DNA of 64,000 nt, taken from Eledone cirrhosa. Taxonomy: Eukaryota. Shown in pieces: positions 43,542 through 57,669 of this stretch; positions within the stretch are counted from its first letter, which is position 1; every line of letters starts with the position of its first letter. Position numbers and translations under genes: made by a program. The stretch covers positions 429,474,001-429,538,000 of the forward strand of contig OZ024740.1 of assembly GCA_964016885.1 (NCBI GenBank), read 5' to 3'. The notes under the pieces were generated by a model. It searched no databases and had not been told where the DNA came from. It worked only from the letters and a program-made list of their open reading frames with translations.

Positions 43542-43630
43542 CATCACACTCACACGTGCATACAATACACACACACGCAGGTATATATATTCATACAACA
43601 CAAGCACGCACAAATACTCTCACACACATA

Positions 43631-43677
<47 letters not shown>

Positions 43678-43720
43678 TCATACACACACATACATGCATA
43701 CACGGTGGACGGAGAGCGAG

Positions 43721-43762
<42 letters not shown>

Positions 43763-43917
43763 CAATATAATATATTAAGTGTTAAAGACAGAGAATGACC
43801 CGAGGCTGAGAGAGATGGAAGTAGAGAAAGAAGATCTCTCAAGTGAAACAATGGCTGGCATTGATAGGAATATTGTTGGAGAGAATATCTTGGGTGGAGT
43901 CTGATGTGAAGTAGATA

Positions 43918-45000
43918 AGAGACATGGAGGCATGGAGGCATGGGGACATGGGGTACACACGAGGGACACATGGAGACATGGAGGCATAGGGACATGGAGA
44001 CATGGACACATGGGGGACACATGGAGACATGGAGACGTGAAGACATGGAGACATGGACACATGGGGGACATGGAGACATGGAGACGTGGGGGACACATGG
44101 AGGCATGGAGACATGGACACATGGGGGACACATGGAGACATGGAGGCATAGGTACATGGGGACATGGAGACATAGACACATGGGGGGCATGGAGACATGG
44201 AGACATGGACACACGAGGGACTCGTGGAGACATGGAGACGTGAAGACATGGATACATGGACACATGGGGGACACATGGAGACATGGAGACGTGGGGGACA
44301 CATGGAGGCATGGAGATATGGACACATGGAGACATGGACACATGGAGGCATAGGGACATGGGGACATGGAGACATAGACACATGGGGGCATGGATACATG
44401 GAGACGTGGGGGACACATGGAGGCATGGAGACATGGAGACATGGACACACGAGGGACTCATGGAGACATGGAGACGTGAAGACATGGAGACATGGACACA
44501 TGGGGGACACATGGAGACATGGAGACGTGGGGGACACATGGAGGCATGGAGATATGGACACATGAAGACATGGACACATGGAGGCATAGGGACATGGGGA
44601 CATGAAGACATAGACACATGGGGGCATGGATACATGGAGACGTGGGGGACACATGGAGGCATGGAGACATGGAGACATGGACACATGGAGACATGGACAC
44701 ATGTGGGACACATGGAGGCATGGAGGCATGGGGACATGGAGACATGGAGACATAGAGACATGGAGACATGGGGACATGGGGACATGGGGACATGGAGACA
44801 TGGGGACATAGGGACATGGGGACATGGAGACATGGGGACATGGAGACATGGAGACATGGGGACATGGGGACATGAAGACATGGAGACATGGAGACGTGGA
44901 GACATGGAGACATGGAGACATGGGGACATGGAGACATGGGGACATGGGGACATGGAGACATGGGGACATGGATACATGGAGGCATGGATACAGAGACACA
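43918..45000. repeat. (GGAGACAT)-based compound minisatellite
   Basis: Direct reading; abuts an RTE fragment. Confidence 0.93.
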
Positions 45001-45695
45001 TAATACCCAAGATTCATGACCATAGTTAAGGGTTGGCACGAATACTGAATTGAAGATAGTGGGTTTGGCTTTTACACCTAGCTCCCTTTTTCTGACGGCC
45101 CAATACTGAAGTTGGTACATCACTGCACCAGTTCCTGCAATTCTTACGCTTAATGCAGCCTCCTGCCTTCCATCACTCGTGAACACGACTCCGAGATACT
45201 TAAACTTCTCTACCTGCTTCAGTGGAACTCCACATGTAGAGTACACTACGTAGGCCTCCTTGAGAGGACCAGTGTCTCAGATTTCGCAGCACTGATCTTC
45301 ATTCCAGCCATGCATCACTTGGCATCAAACCTATCAAGTGTAAGTCGGAGATCACCTTCTCTTGAGTTATGTAACACCATGTCGTCTGCAAATTCCAGCC
45401 GCTAGTCATGATATCACTTCCAACCCGGCTGCGCTTGCCAATCCTGTTCATGAAAACAATTCTTTCTACTTTTGGTACAAGGCCATTAATTATCCCAGTA
45501 CATTACTGGTACTTTATTTTTTCGACCCCGTAAGGATGAAAGGCAAAGTTAACCTTGGCGGGATTTGAACTCAGAATGGAAAGGGACGTAACTATGCTGT
45601 AAAACAAGGTGTCCGATCCCCTACCGATACTGCCAATTCACTGCACATGTTCTTGAAAATAATGAGCAACGGGGGTGACAGTGCGCACCCTTGGA
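45000..45695 (-). pseudogene. RTE-type LINE RT fragment interrupted by a SINE (45457-45645)
   Basis: QVEKFKYLGVVFTSDG, PTLNYGHESW; SINE flanked by TGTTC(A/T)TGAAAA(C/T)AAT. Confidence 0.8.
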
Positions 45696-46237
45696 ATACA
45701 AAGCTGAAGCAATTAGGAGTGGGTATTCCCTATAAAACCAACTGGTCAAAGAAATAGGCATGTTTCGATTTCATTCGATCTCGTCAGTGAAACATTCAGC
45801 ACAAATAGAAATACTAGAAGGTCAGTATACAGAGTTGGCCCATGATTTGACTACTAGCTGACTTTAATCGATTGACAAGATCCCAGATCTCACTCGTTTA
45901 CTGAGTGGTGTGAAACTCGTCAAATTGGACCAAGGAAACAATGTTTCCAGCGGTCTTTCCATGATACTACCTAACAGTTAGAAGATGAAATAAAGTGTCT
46001 CCCTCAAGGACATAACGCATGCCTGGTCCAGGAATCGAACTCGCAACCTCACGATTGTGAATCCAATTATCTAACTACTTAGCCACACGCCTAGCTTACT
46101 ACCAAGAAAAGTGGATACAAGATTGAACACTTGGGGTATTAAAATTTATTTCAAAAGTAATCCAAGTTTATATAGTTACCATTACATGTTCAAAAGGCTG
46201 CCAGCTGTAAGTATGACATTATTATGACTCTTTGTGG

Positions 46238-47230
46238 GGCGGTGTATCGGCAGAACCGGAAGAGCGTCGGACAGTATGCTTTTCGGCATAAATTTACTAC
46301 GGCCGTTTATGTTCTGAGTTCAAATCTCGTCAAAGTTAGCTTTGCCTTTCATCCTTACGGTGTCAATAAAATAAAGTACCAGTAACGCACTGGGGTCGAT
46401 TTAATCGACTTTCCCCTGTCCAAAAATTGCTGGCTTTGTACCTAAATCAAAAACAATTATTAATGTTCTTTGTAATGTAGCGGTGAATTCGCAGAATCGT
46501 TAGAGCGTCGGACAAAATACTTTGTGTTGTTTGTTCTGGCACTTTACGTCCTGAGTTCAAATCTGGGCGAGATCGATTTTGCCTTTCCTCCTTCCTGGTA
46601 GATAAAATTGTTTCTACTTTTGGCACAAGGCCAGCAATTATTCCAGTACATTACTGGTACATTATTTTATCCACCCCGTAAGGATGAAAGGTAAAGTTAA
46701 CCTCGGCGGGATTTGAACTCAGATCATAAAGGGACGTAACTCTATGCTGCAAAGCATGGTATCCGACCCTCTGCCGATACTGGGAATCCGACCCTACCTG
46801 GTAGATAAAATAAAATACCAGTTGATTTAATCTGAGAGACAACTCACAGCGTCCATTTTTTTTTCTCGCCAGAAATGGAAAATTATTGAAAATGGGCTTA
46901 AAAACATCTCGTACAAAACTAAAACATTACGTTCCTGGGGCCACCCAAGTACGGTCCTATGTGCAGTACAACATGACTTGTGCAGTACAACATGACTTAA
47001 ATGAAAAACAAGATAGTTCACAAACTATTTATCCACATTTCTTCATTTTTAATCTTCGATTTAGTCTTAACCCAAATATAATTGTTTCTACTTTTGGCAC
47101 AAGGCCAGCAATTAAATCAGTGCATTACTGGTACTTTATTTTATCGACCCCGTAAGGATGAAAGTGCCGTAACTCTTTGCTGCAAAGCATGGCGTCCGAC
47201 CCTCTTCCGATACTGCCAATCCACCGCCCT
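46238..47230. mobile_element. SINE cluster with a SINE nested in a SINE
   Basis: 46238-46460 +, 46480-46607 +, 46606-46795 - (TSD CCTGGTAGATAAAAT), 47080-47230 -. Confidence 0.85.
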
Positions 47231-47694
47231 TAACCTATATATAATAATTGATAACCTTGTATATAAGGTAACCTACATTCTATCGTACTAATAGAACATC
47301 TTATCTCACTCCACCATCACCACCTCCTCCTCTATCGGTCTGATAGTCATAGCAACTATGACTACACAAATAGAGGCTAGAAATACATGTACTATCCATA
47401 ATCTCCTCGCCTCAAGCAACAATCTTCATCGATTTATCGCCAGTCTTTCTCTTCAGTACTGATTTCTGACTTTACAGCCGAGTCCACGTTAATTCCGCCT
47501 ACTGCCATTGTAATTAGCAGTGGAAATTGATTGATTGAATTATTTCGGTTAATCGAACTGTGGTCTTTGCACAGACGGTAGACATAAGGTAGAGAATAAC
47601 AACAACATACATCACTAGACAGAACTGTTCATTAATTGTTCGTTAATTGGTTGTGAGTTGCTACACCATCACCATTACTGGTAAAACTGCAACA

Positions 47695-49515
47695 ACACCA
47701 TCACAACCATACCATCACCATACCACCACCATAACACCATACCACCACCATACCACCACCATACCATCATCATACCACCATACTACCACCATACCATCAC
47801 CATACCACCACACTACCACCATACCACCACCATACCTCCACCATACGTCCACCATACCACCACCATACCACCACAATACATCCATCATACCACCACCATA
47901 CCACCACAATACTACCGCCATACCACCATACCACCACCATACCACCACCATGCCACCATACCACCACCATACCACCATACCACCATACCACCACCATACC
48001 ACCATACCAACATACCACCAACATACCACCACCATACCACCATACCACCATACCACCAACATACCACCACCATACCACCATACTACCACCATACCACCAC
48101 CATACCACACCATACCACCATACCACTATACCACCACCATACCGCTATACCACCACCATACCACCATACCACCACCATACCACCACAATACAACCACCAT
48201 ACCACCACAATACAACCACCATAACACCACCATACCACCATACCACTATACCACCACAATACAACCACCATAACACCACCATACCACCATACCATCACCA
48301 TACCACCACCATACCACTAACATACCACCACCATACAACCACCATACCAACATACCACCACCATACCACCATACCACCATACCACCACCATACCACCACT
48401 ATACCACCACCATACGACCACCATACCACCACCATACAACCACCATACCAACATACCACCAAACCACCACCATACCACCATACCACCACCATACCACCAC
48501 TATACCACCACCATACCACCACATTACCACCATACCACTATACCACCACCATACCACCACCATACCACCACCATACCACCACCATACCACCACCATACCA
48601 TCATACCACCACCATACCACCACCATACCACCAACATACCACCACCATACAACCACCATACCAACATATCACCAACATACCACCACCATTCCACCATACC
48701 ACCACCATACCACCACTATACCACCACCATACCACCACCATACCACCACCATACTACCACCATACAACCACCATACCACCACCATACCACCATACCACTA
48801 TACCACCACCATACCACCATACCACCACTATACCACCACCATACCACAACCATACCACCACCATACCACCACTATACCACCACCATACCACCACCATATC
48901 ACCATACCACCACTATACCACCACCATACCACCATACCACCACTATACCACCAACATACCACCACCATACCACCACCATACCTCCAACATACCACCACTA
49001 TACCACCACCATACCACCACCATACCACCACCATACCACCACCATACCACCACCATACCACCACCATACCACCATCATACCACCACCATACCACCAACAT
49101 ACCACCAACATACCACCACCATACCACCACCATACCACCACTATACCACCACCATACCACCACCATACCACCACCATACCACCAACATACCACCAACATA
49201 CCACCCCCATACCACCAACATATTACCACCATACCACCACCATACCACCAACATACCACCAACATACCACCACCCTACCACCACCATACCACCACAATAC
49301 CACCACCATACCACCAACATACCACCACTATACCACCACCATACCACCACCATACCACCACCATACCACCAACATACCACCAACATACCACCACTATACC
49401 ACCACTATATCACCACCATACCACCATACCACCACCATTCCACCACAATACCACCATACCACCACCATACCACCATACCACCACCATACCACCATACCAC
49501 CATACCATACCACCT
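47695..49515. repeat. (CCATACCAC/CCA)-type low-complexity satellite
   Basis: Direct reading. Confidence 0.95.
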
Positions 49516-49864
49516 CTATTCTACCAAATGAACAAGACAGCAGTATTGGAAAGTACTATAAATGCCAGGAATGAGAGGAAAAGGAGGGGAAGAAGAAGGA
49601 TAACTAGACAAAAGAAGTGGGCAAAGACTGTCCACCTACGACAGTGTGGTGGTCCAGCTGCACCCCGCGGACATAATGGCAATAACATATCCGCGGACAA
49701 TGGCCAGCGACACACGCTGCACCAGCCATCCCTCTTAACAGGGTTCCTTCCTCAGAATGGCTGTTATCGATCCGATTTTACACAGGTCAACTGTCCTATA
49801 TAGTATGAGGGGATAGATTTGGGGTCGTGTCGTCTTTCTATGTTCTTCTGGTTTCATTATTTTA

Positions 49865-50280
49865 TGTGGATTGGCAGTATCGGTAGAGGGTCGGACGCCA
49901 TGCTTTCCAGCATAGTTACGTCCCTTTACGATCTGAGTTCAAATCCCGCCGAGGTTGACTTTGCCTTTCATCCTTACGGGGTCGATAAAATAAAGTACCA
50001 GTAATGCACTGAGTTATTGCTGGCCTTGTGCCTAAAGTAGAAACAATTATTTTATCAATGGGCGGTGGATTGGCAGTATCGGTAGAGGGTCGGACAACAT
50101 GCTTTGCAGCATATAGTTACGGCTCTTTATGATCTGAGTTCAAATCCCGCCGATGTTAACTTTGCCTTTCATCCTTACGGGGTCGATAAAAGAAAGTACC
50201 AGTCACCCACTTGGGTCGATTTAATCGACTTTCCTGTCCTCCCAAATTGCTGGCCTTGTGCCTATACTAAAAATCATTAT
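49865..50280 (+). mobile_element. two tandem SINEs
   Basis: 49865-50050 and 50061-50280. Confidence 0.88.
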
Positions 50281-50619
50281 TTTATCGATGTTTACCAATA
50301 GAGAGAGAGAGCCAGTTTCTAACATAGACACAAGACTGGCTTCCCGTCCAGGAGGCGTCGTGTACTCTCAATCACGCCTCAGAAACCGGGGTAAGCACGA
50401 TCCTAGTGAGCTTCTGAGCTCGAGGCAGACTTTAGACTTTTAAAACAGAAAAAAAATGAAGAAAACCCAAAGTGACCTAAACAGGGTCCACATCATCAGC
50501 TGTTCACTGAATATCGTGGAAATTTCAGCATCTTTATGCTTTTATAACTTTAAAGGCCCCCATCGGTCAGTAACGACCATATTTTTGCACCAGAAAGTTA
50601 CCCTTTCAAGGTACAAGGC

Positions 50620-50840
50620 TGGGCAAGGTTGTATTGTGGAAGACCAGCAGTCGTCCATACACACCAGTCCCCCCACTCCACGCCACCAATGTTGTCCAAG
50701 GGAAAGGCAATGGCCGATACAGCTTGGTACCAGTGACGTCACAACTCTACAGCTGAGTGAACTGAAGCAATATGAAATAAAGTGTCTTGTTTGAAGGACA
50801 CAACACACTGCCTGGGTCGGCAATTGAACTCACAACCTTT
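50620..50840 (-). mobile_element. second tRNA-derived SINE family (relatives at ~28170-28275, ~45890-46090, ~60680-60910)
   Basis: Shared CAGCTGAGTG..TGAAATAAAGTGTCTTG..AAGGACACAAC..GAACTCACAACC; B-box-like motif on the minus strand. Confidence 0.65.
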
Positions 50841-50952
50841 TTATTCAACTGTTGGAAATTTGAAGTCTACTTACTTTTCTTCTGAAAAGCTGACACAATG
50901 TATTTATGTAGGGAGCGGGGAGTTACAGGAAAACTAAACTACTTATATAATA

Positions 50953-51268
50953 CGCGGGTCGGCAGAAAAGTTCATAGGCTGACCAAGATACTCTCATGGA
51001 ATTACCGAATGGGGCTTATTTTTCAACATGTCTGGAAAGAAACAAAGCACTTATTAATAAAAAGAGTTGAAATTAATGCATGCAAGATTTCACAGCTTTA
51101 GCATCACTCCTTCATAGTTTGACCAAGATACTCGCATGGAATGACCAAATGAGATTTATTTTTCAACATCGTCCCTGGAAAGAAACAATGCAGTTATTAA
51201 TAATAAGATTTGAAATTAATGCATGCAAGAGCTCTAACATCACTCTTTCAGTCAGCCTATGAACTTTA
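50953..51268. mobile_element. mariner-type MITE with internal duplication
   Basis: Same TIR family as 28568-28762; body repeated twice. Confidence 0.7.
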
Positions 51269-51693
51269 CACAGCAGATGATTGTTCTACAAATCAATATC
51301 TTATATATACAATGTAGGAATTTGAAAATCATCGATAAACTATGACAAGCTAATCAATCTAAACTATAATAAAGGAGGGTCTGCGGGACTGCGTACGGTT
51401 TTTTTTTTATCCCGTTAGTAAAATAAGTTGGATTACTTTGAATAAATAATGAATGAATATTACATAATTTATCTACTAAATTTCGTAAACAAAAATAATT
51501 TCGTAAAAATAAATAATTTAAAATTGACTTCTTTTCACAGTTGCACTTCCGGTATATCGTTGCCACCACCACCACTTCAACTACCATGTATATAGAAAGA
51601 GAGAGTGTGTGATGTCAACACTTCCGGTGGCGATCACTTAAATAAACACTAATTTTCTGTCACTAATTTTCTCCTAATGCAGTTTATATATAA

Positions 51694-52514
51694 CTAGCAG
51701 TTGAGCCCGGTTGCACCCGGGGCCACTTTTTATTAAGTTAATAATTTGAAAAATATTATTGAAAGTTTATTATAAAGAAGCAGTTTCAGGAAAAAAAATA
51801 GAAATATGCACTTGGGGTTGGACGGCTTACAGAAGTGGAGCGACGTGAAAAGCGTTGTTTATTAACAGCGAAATAGCAATGTCGATGATATGCAATTTGA
51901 AAAATACTACTTACTGTTAGTGGTGGTTAACATGTATTAAAATTAAAATAAAAACACGCGTCCCTTCTTCGCAATTTAAAGGTTTTATTTCTTTTAATGG
52001 AAAACAGTGACCGTACTGCAGAATCGATTTCATAAAACGGTACTGTATGATCGTTAAATGTAGAAGGATGATAGTTTATTAACAGCGAAATAGCAATGTT
52101 GATGATATGCAAGTTTTAAAATGCATATTATGAAGGTTTGTATGATAGTTTACACTTTTTCCTGAAACTGCTTCTTTATAATAAACTTTCAATAATATTT
52201 TTCAAATTATTGGTACTGTATGTTAACAGCGAAAGAACGTTGATGAGTTTAAAAATGTGTATGAAATTGTAAATAACTCAGCCAAGTATTAGAACAGGGG
52301 GAAATAACTCACCGAACGCGATAGTAAATAGACCGTTTTGGGGGCCCTATGGACTACATTTTTCAAGTTAGAGATTTGAAACCTCGTCTATTTGCTTCCT
52401 TGGCACTTTTTACATAGGTGTGTAAATTTTCATGTCCGTCCGACCACGTCTACTACCATTTAACCGTGCACATCTGAATTTCAACCACCACCCATTTCAC
52501 AAATATATATTAGA
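51694..52514 (-). mobile_element. non-autonomous Helitron
   Basis: Minus strand A|TC ... hairpin ... CTAG|T; homologous to 26750-27621. Confidence 0.88.
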
Positions 52515-52934
52515 TATCGTCTTTTTTTAATGTATCATGGATTACGTTATTGATTACATAAGACAGTGTAACAACGTCTTCGTTCAATTTCTGTTTATAT
52601 TGTCAATTACGATTTATTTGATGTATCATATCTATATGTATATTTACTTGCGTATAATATCAATATACACACTACACATGCTAGCAGAAAACCACCCAGT
52701 GGGTGGTTTTTCTGCTAGTTACTATTTAAAACTTCACGTCAGGAGGGTTACAATTTAATAATAAAAAGTCAACTCCAAATATTTGAATGTCATAGACACC
52801 TAACTGGACTGTGATCTCAAGAGTCTGGCGAAGTGGTCACGTGATCTCAGAGTCTGGCGAAGTGGTCACGTGTAATCCGGGAATTATAAAATAGATCCTC
52901 TCAAATAAACCATTTAAAAAACAATAATAATAAT

Positions 52935-53335
52935 AATTGTTTCTATCATTGGCACAAGGCCAGCAATTAACCAGTAGATTACTGGTACGTTATTTTATCG
53001 ACCCCGTAAGGATGAAAGGCAAAGTTAACCTTGGCGGGATTTGAACTCAGAATGGCAAGGGCCGTAACTCTATGCGTCAAAGCATGGCGTCCGACCCTCT
53101 ACCGATACTACTACTAATAATAATAATGGTTTCTGATTTAGGCACAAGGCCAGCAATTTGTGTTGGTGATGGGAAAGTCAATTAAATCGACCCCAGCGTG
53201 TGACTGGTACCCTATTTTTATCACCCCTGTATGGATGAAAAGCAAAGCTAACTTCGGCGGGATTTGAACTCAGAAAGTAAAGGGCCATAACTATATGCCG
53301 CAAAGCATGTCTGACGCTCTACCGATACTGCGAAT
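52935..53335 (-). mobile_element. two tandem SINEs
   Basis: Consensus matches separated by (AAT)n. Confidence 0.85.
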
Positions 53336-53704
53336 AAAGTTCTTATTTATAATTCCTTTTATTTTATGTTACATCTCCATAACTAGTAGTCTCCCCTACA
53401 TCTGTTGGAAGTTTTACTAACTTAAATAGCAAGTATATTAGTTTTTTATGTTTTCTTCTCACCAAGAAAGGTATTAGAAACATAAATGAATTGCAATAGA
53501 ATTTATATACTCTCTCAACAAGGGCTGCTTCGAACGCTTATACGAGCTAACCTTACTAGGAATACTAACAAAATGTATATTTGTAATGGAGCGGATTATA
53601 GATAGATATCGTCTGCTATAGATATAACACCAAATTAGCATATATATATAATAGAAAAAACGAGGAAGTTTCGTTTACATATGAAAAATATTTATTGCGT
53701 ATCG

Positions 53705-53796
53705 ACCTGTTACGCGCGTTTCGCAGAGGATTGGCTCAAGGTGGGCCATAGGGGTTATGGACCCGACTCCAGTATCGATCTGCTCATCAGACTGGT
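53705..53796 (-). ncRNA. type I hammerhead ribozyme with long loop II
   Basis: Minus strand ACCAGT-CTGATGA-GCAGA...TCTGC-GAAA-CGCGCG-TA-ACAGGT. Confidence 0.8.
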
Positions 53797-53999
53797 GATG
53801 TGACAAAAGATATATTTATATTAGTATATATATACTACAAACCTCTGCAATGTCCATCTCCCAAATTTCACTAAGAAGGCATTATTGATCAACCCAAGTC
53901 TAAAGTGGAAGACTCTAGTAGTATGTCCGAGTCTGTGTTAACCTTTACTATAAGTTTATGACTTGTAAATGTGTGGTTGTTCTGCCATCGTTTGTCAGT

Positions 54000-55025
54000 T
54001 ACTAATTTGGACATGAGGTGCAACTTTTACTAAACCAAGAAGGTGGAAATCTTGTCCCCCTGGATGGCAGAATACTAACTCGAGTTGATGATTTTCAATG
54101 TTTGGTCAGCTGGATGAATTCATGAGAAAAGGTCATTAACATTAACATTTCGTAAGTTTGGGCTGTAAGAACAAAATGGAAAGGATATTGAAGTCAGATC
54201 TATCCAGAAAAAAATCAAAATATCATTCTTCAGAACATCTGTTGAACCAGTGTTGTTGTATGGATCAGGTACATGGACCACAACACAAACACTTGAGAAG
54301 AATCAAGAGGTGTATACTCTAAAATAATTAGAGTTGTAAAAAATATAAACTGGCGTCGATGTATCACAAATGAAAGTTTATTGAAAAACTTGTCCAAGAT
54401 ATCAACTACAATTGCTCAAAGACTGCTACAATTTACAGGACATTGCTGGAGAAGTAAGCAGGAAGTTATACACAAGCTACTATTGTGGGAACCAACTCAA
54501 GGGAGACACAGTAGAGGAAGATATACACAAGGTACTATTGTGGGAACCAACTCAAGGGAGACACAGTAGAGGAAGATATACACAAGGTACTATTGTGGGA
54601 ACCAACTCAAGGGAGACACAGTAGAGGAAGATATACACAAGGTACTATTGTGGGAACCAACTCAAGGGAGACACAGTAGAGGAAGTTATACACAAGGTAC
54701 TATTGTGGGAACCAACTCATGGGAGACACAGTAGAGGAAGTTATACACAAGCTACTATTGCGGGAACCAACTCAAGGGAGACACAGTAGAGGAAGATATA
54801 CACAAGCTACTATTGTGGGAACCAACTCAAGGGAGACACAGTAGAGGAAGTTGTACACAAGGTACTATTGTGGGAACCAACTCAAGGGAGACACAGTAGA
54901 GGAAGTTGTACACAAGCTACTATTGTGGGAACCAACTCAAGGGAGACACAGTAGAGGAAGTTGTACACAAGGTACTATTGTGGAACCAACTGAAAGGAGA
55001 CACAGTAGAGCAGACCTGTTTAAAC
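54000..55025 (+). mobile_element. degenerate RTE-like LINE 3' fragment with 55-bp minisatellite (54465-55010, ~10 units)
   Basis: VEPVLLYGSGTW, RLLQFTGHCWR, LLLWEPTQGRHSRGR; the last segment is tandemly amplified. Confidence 0.82.
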
Positions 55026-55086
55026 CTTCATTAATCAACTCTGACAATATAAGCCTAAGTAGAGAGAAGTTACGAGAAGAATTGGT

Positions 55087-55755
55087 AAATAATAATAATA
55101 ATAATGAAATTATTGTGTACAGTGCTCAGGTGCACTACAACTCGTCAAAGGTGCATGTATAGTACATAGAATAATACACAAATGTCAGGGAAGTGAATAG
55201 TGTATAAGTCATAATATACATGCCTGTATGTGTATGGAGGGGAAACATTAGGTGTAGTGTTGGCGAATCTCGGGAAGCATGGAGGCCTTAAAGGATGCAG
55301 TGTCTCGACAGCTAACAACTGATGCAGGTAGTTTGTTCCATGCTTCAGCAACTCTGAGCGTGAAAAAATGTTTCCGAAAGTCATAGGAACTGTGCTGTTT
55401 TCTGACTTTGTGGGCATGCCCACGTGTGTTAGACACATGGAAATCAAAAAGGTACTCAGGGTTGTTGTTGGCAAGATGGTTAACAATTTTGTGGGTGTTT
55501 ACCAAGTCAGTTGCCAGGCGTCGGAGCTTCAATGTATCCATGCCCAGGGAAGCAAGGCGCTCAGAGTATGGTAGATGCCTGATGGAGGGTATTCGCTTGG
55601 TTGCACGTCTCTGAACAATTTCCAGGCAGTCAATGTTCTGAGCAAGATAGGGGTTCCAGACTGGTGATGTAAATTCTAAGTGTGGCCGCACCATAGCTAT
55701 GTACAGCCTAAAATAGATATCTGGAGAGCGGCTGACAAAGGTCTTGCTGAGTGAA
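55087..55755 (-). mobile_element. CR1/Jockey-group LINE 3' fragment with (ATT)n tail
   Basis: VRPHLEF..PVWNPY, VQRRATK, TRGH, FF..RV..WN.LP; a short 3' end recurs at 58714-58757. Confidence 0.88.
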
Positions 55756-55981
55756 TTATGGAGAGACTTTGTCAGGAATGTTTGACTGTGGTCACAATGG
55801 TGATGATGATGATGATGATGGTTCCACAGAGATCGACAAAATAATTAGCAGTCTTGAAAGAATAAATACTGGGATTGAGGTGATTGACTAAATCACTCCA
55901 GAACACTGCCTTAACATGACTGTAGTCGCTTGACTGAAGACAGTAAAATGATAAGAAAGTGTGTGAGGGAGAGAGAGAGAG

Positions 55982-56035
<54 letters not shown>

Positions 56036-56414
56036 TGTGTGTGAGAAAGAGAGTGTGAGAGAGAAAGAGAGAGTGTATGTGTGTGTGTGTGCCAGAGAGA
56101 GAGTGTGTATGACAGAGAGAGAGTGTGTGTGTATGTGAGAGATAGTGTGTGAGAAAGAGAGTGTGAGAGAGAGAGTGTATGTGAGAAAGAGAGAGAGTGT
56201 GTGTGTGTGAGAAAGAGAGTGTGTGTGTGTGGGCGAAAGAGTGTGTGTGTGCGAGAGAGAGAGAGTGTGTGTGCGAGAGAGAGAGTGTGTATGAGAGAGA
56301 GAGAGGGAGAGAGTGTGTGTGTGTGTGTGTATGAGAGAGAGATTAAACAATACACACATCTATCTATCTATACAGACGTGAAGTCATATACAGACGTCTT
56401 GTTATAACATGTTA

Positions 56415-56696
56415 ATAATTGTGTTATGTTGTCCTATAAGCTGGAGTATATAGTCCAACTACACGACCAGGTCTGTATGTCACTAATGTTACCAATTCTA
56501 GGGACATATAATTGTGTTATGTTGTCCTATAAGCTGGAGTATATAGTCCAACTACACGACCAGGTCTGTATGTCACTAATGTTACCAATTCTAGGGACAT
56601 ATAATTGTGTTATGTTGTCCTATAAGCTGGAGTATATAGTCCAACTACACGACCAGGTCTGTATGTCACTAATGTTACCAATTCTAGGGACATATA
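56415..56696. repeat. 93-bp tandem repeat, three apparently identical units
   Basis: Units start at 56415, 56508 and 56601. Confidence 0.93.
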
Positions 56697-57669
56697 AAAT
56701 AAAATCCTTTGCCAGGGAAAATTAGAATGTATTCAGTCGAAATTAATAGTGAGCTGCATTCAATTATAAGCTATAAATGTTCGCAAGCAACAAACTAATT
56801 TTAATAAAATTGATTTCATTTGACTCATTTAGAAAATTATGGTAGTTATAATTGATAGAAGTTAACATTAGAAGATAACTGGTATCTATTATTAAAATAA
56901 AAAACACATGCAAATGTCGGTGAGAATATGAATTACGAAACTAAATACTGTTATGACCTTTGTTGTGACACTTTATGTATTTTTTTCGCCGACTCATCGC
57001 TCTTTTCACTATAATAATGATTAATTGCCATAGTTAAAAGGAATAATTATATTAGGGTAAACATAAAATACGACACCGTCTCCGTCACTCATTTCTTCTC
57101 TTCAACAAATGGCGTCGATGTAATCACGTTAGATGTTAATGCTACTATATAAACCTGCTTTAGGTAAGGTATTCCTTATTACTTTCTTACTGTTAGTTCC
57201 TCTTTAACATCCTTCTTCCCCTTTCATCTCTACAGTTTCTTCCTTTTTCACTCGTACATTTTATTTTTCTTTCTTTCTAACAAGCGATTCTTTTCTGTTC
57301 AGGGTTTACTTTTTTTTTTTTTATTACCGCAGTATTCTTATTTAATATATATATATATGGGAAATTGTTCAAGACCCCGACGGCAGAGCTCAACCCTAAG
57401 TATTGAGTACTCTGGTGCGTTATGGTCCACCTGGTTCCTTACCACACTTCCTTCGTTATATATATATATATAATATTTATATTTATTATATTTTCGGTTC
57501 TTTAGTCAACATCATATATATTCTAGTTGTTATTTTATATTACAAAAGGTATTTTCTAAAAACTTATTCTTTATATACTATCTTATCCATATCTCACAGA
57601 AAGATATCTTAGAAATATTTTTCTTCCGATGAGAAGAAAACCAATGTTGCTTTCATTACGTCTCTTGCC

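Noticed and set aside
43762-45246. Cys/His/Pro-rich 200-400 aa ORFs
   Set aside because: Translations of the GGAGACAT minisatellite; only the RTE-derived part is real coding ancestry.
45765-45800. Hammerhead-like CTGACGA-GAT..ATC-GAAA-CATG on the minus strand
   Set aside because: No UH site and no closing stem I; at best a decayed copy.
47647-49386. His/Pro/Tyr-rich and Trp/Gly/Val-rich ORFs resembling structural proteins
   Set aside because: Low-complexity satellite with stops and frame changes, open on both strands.
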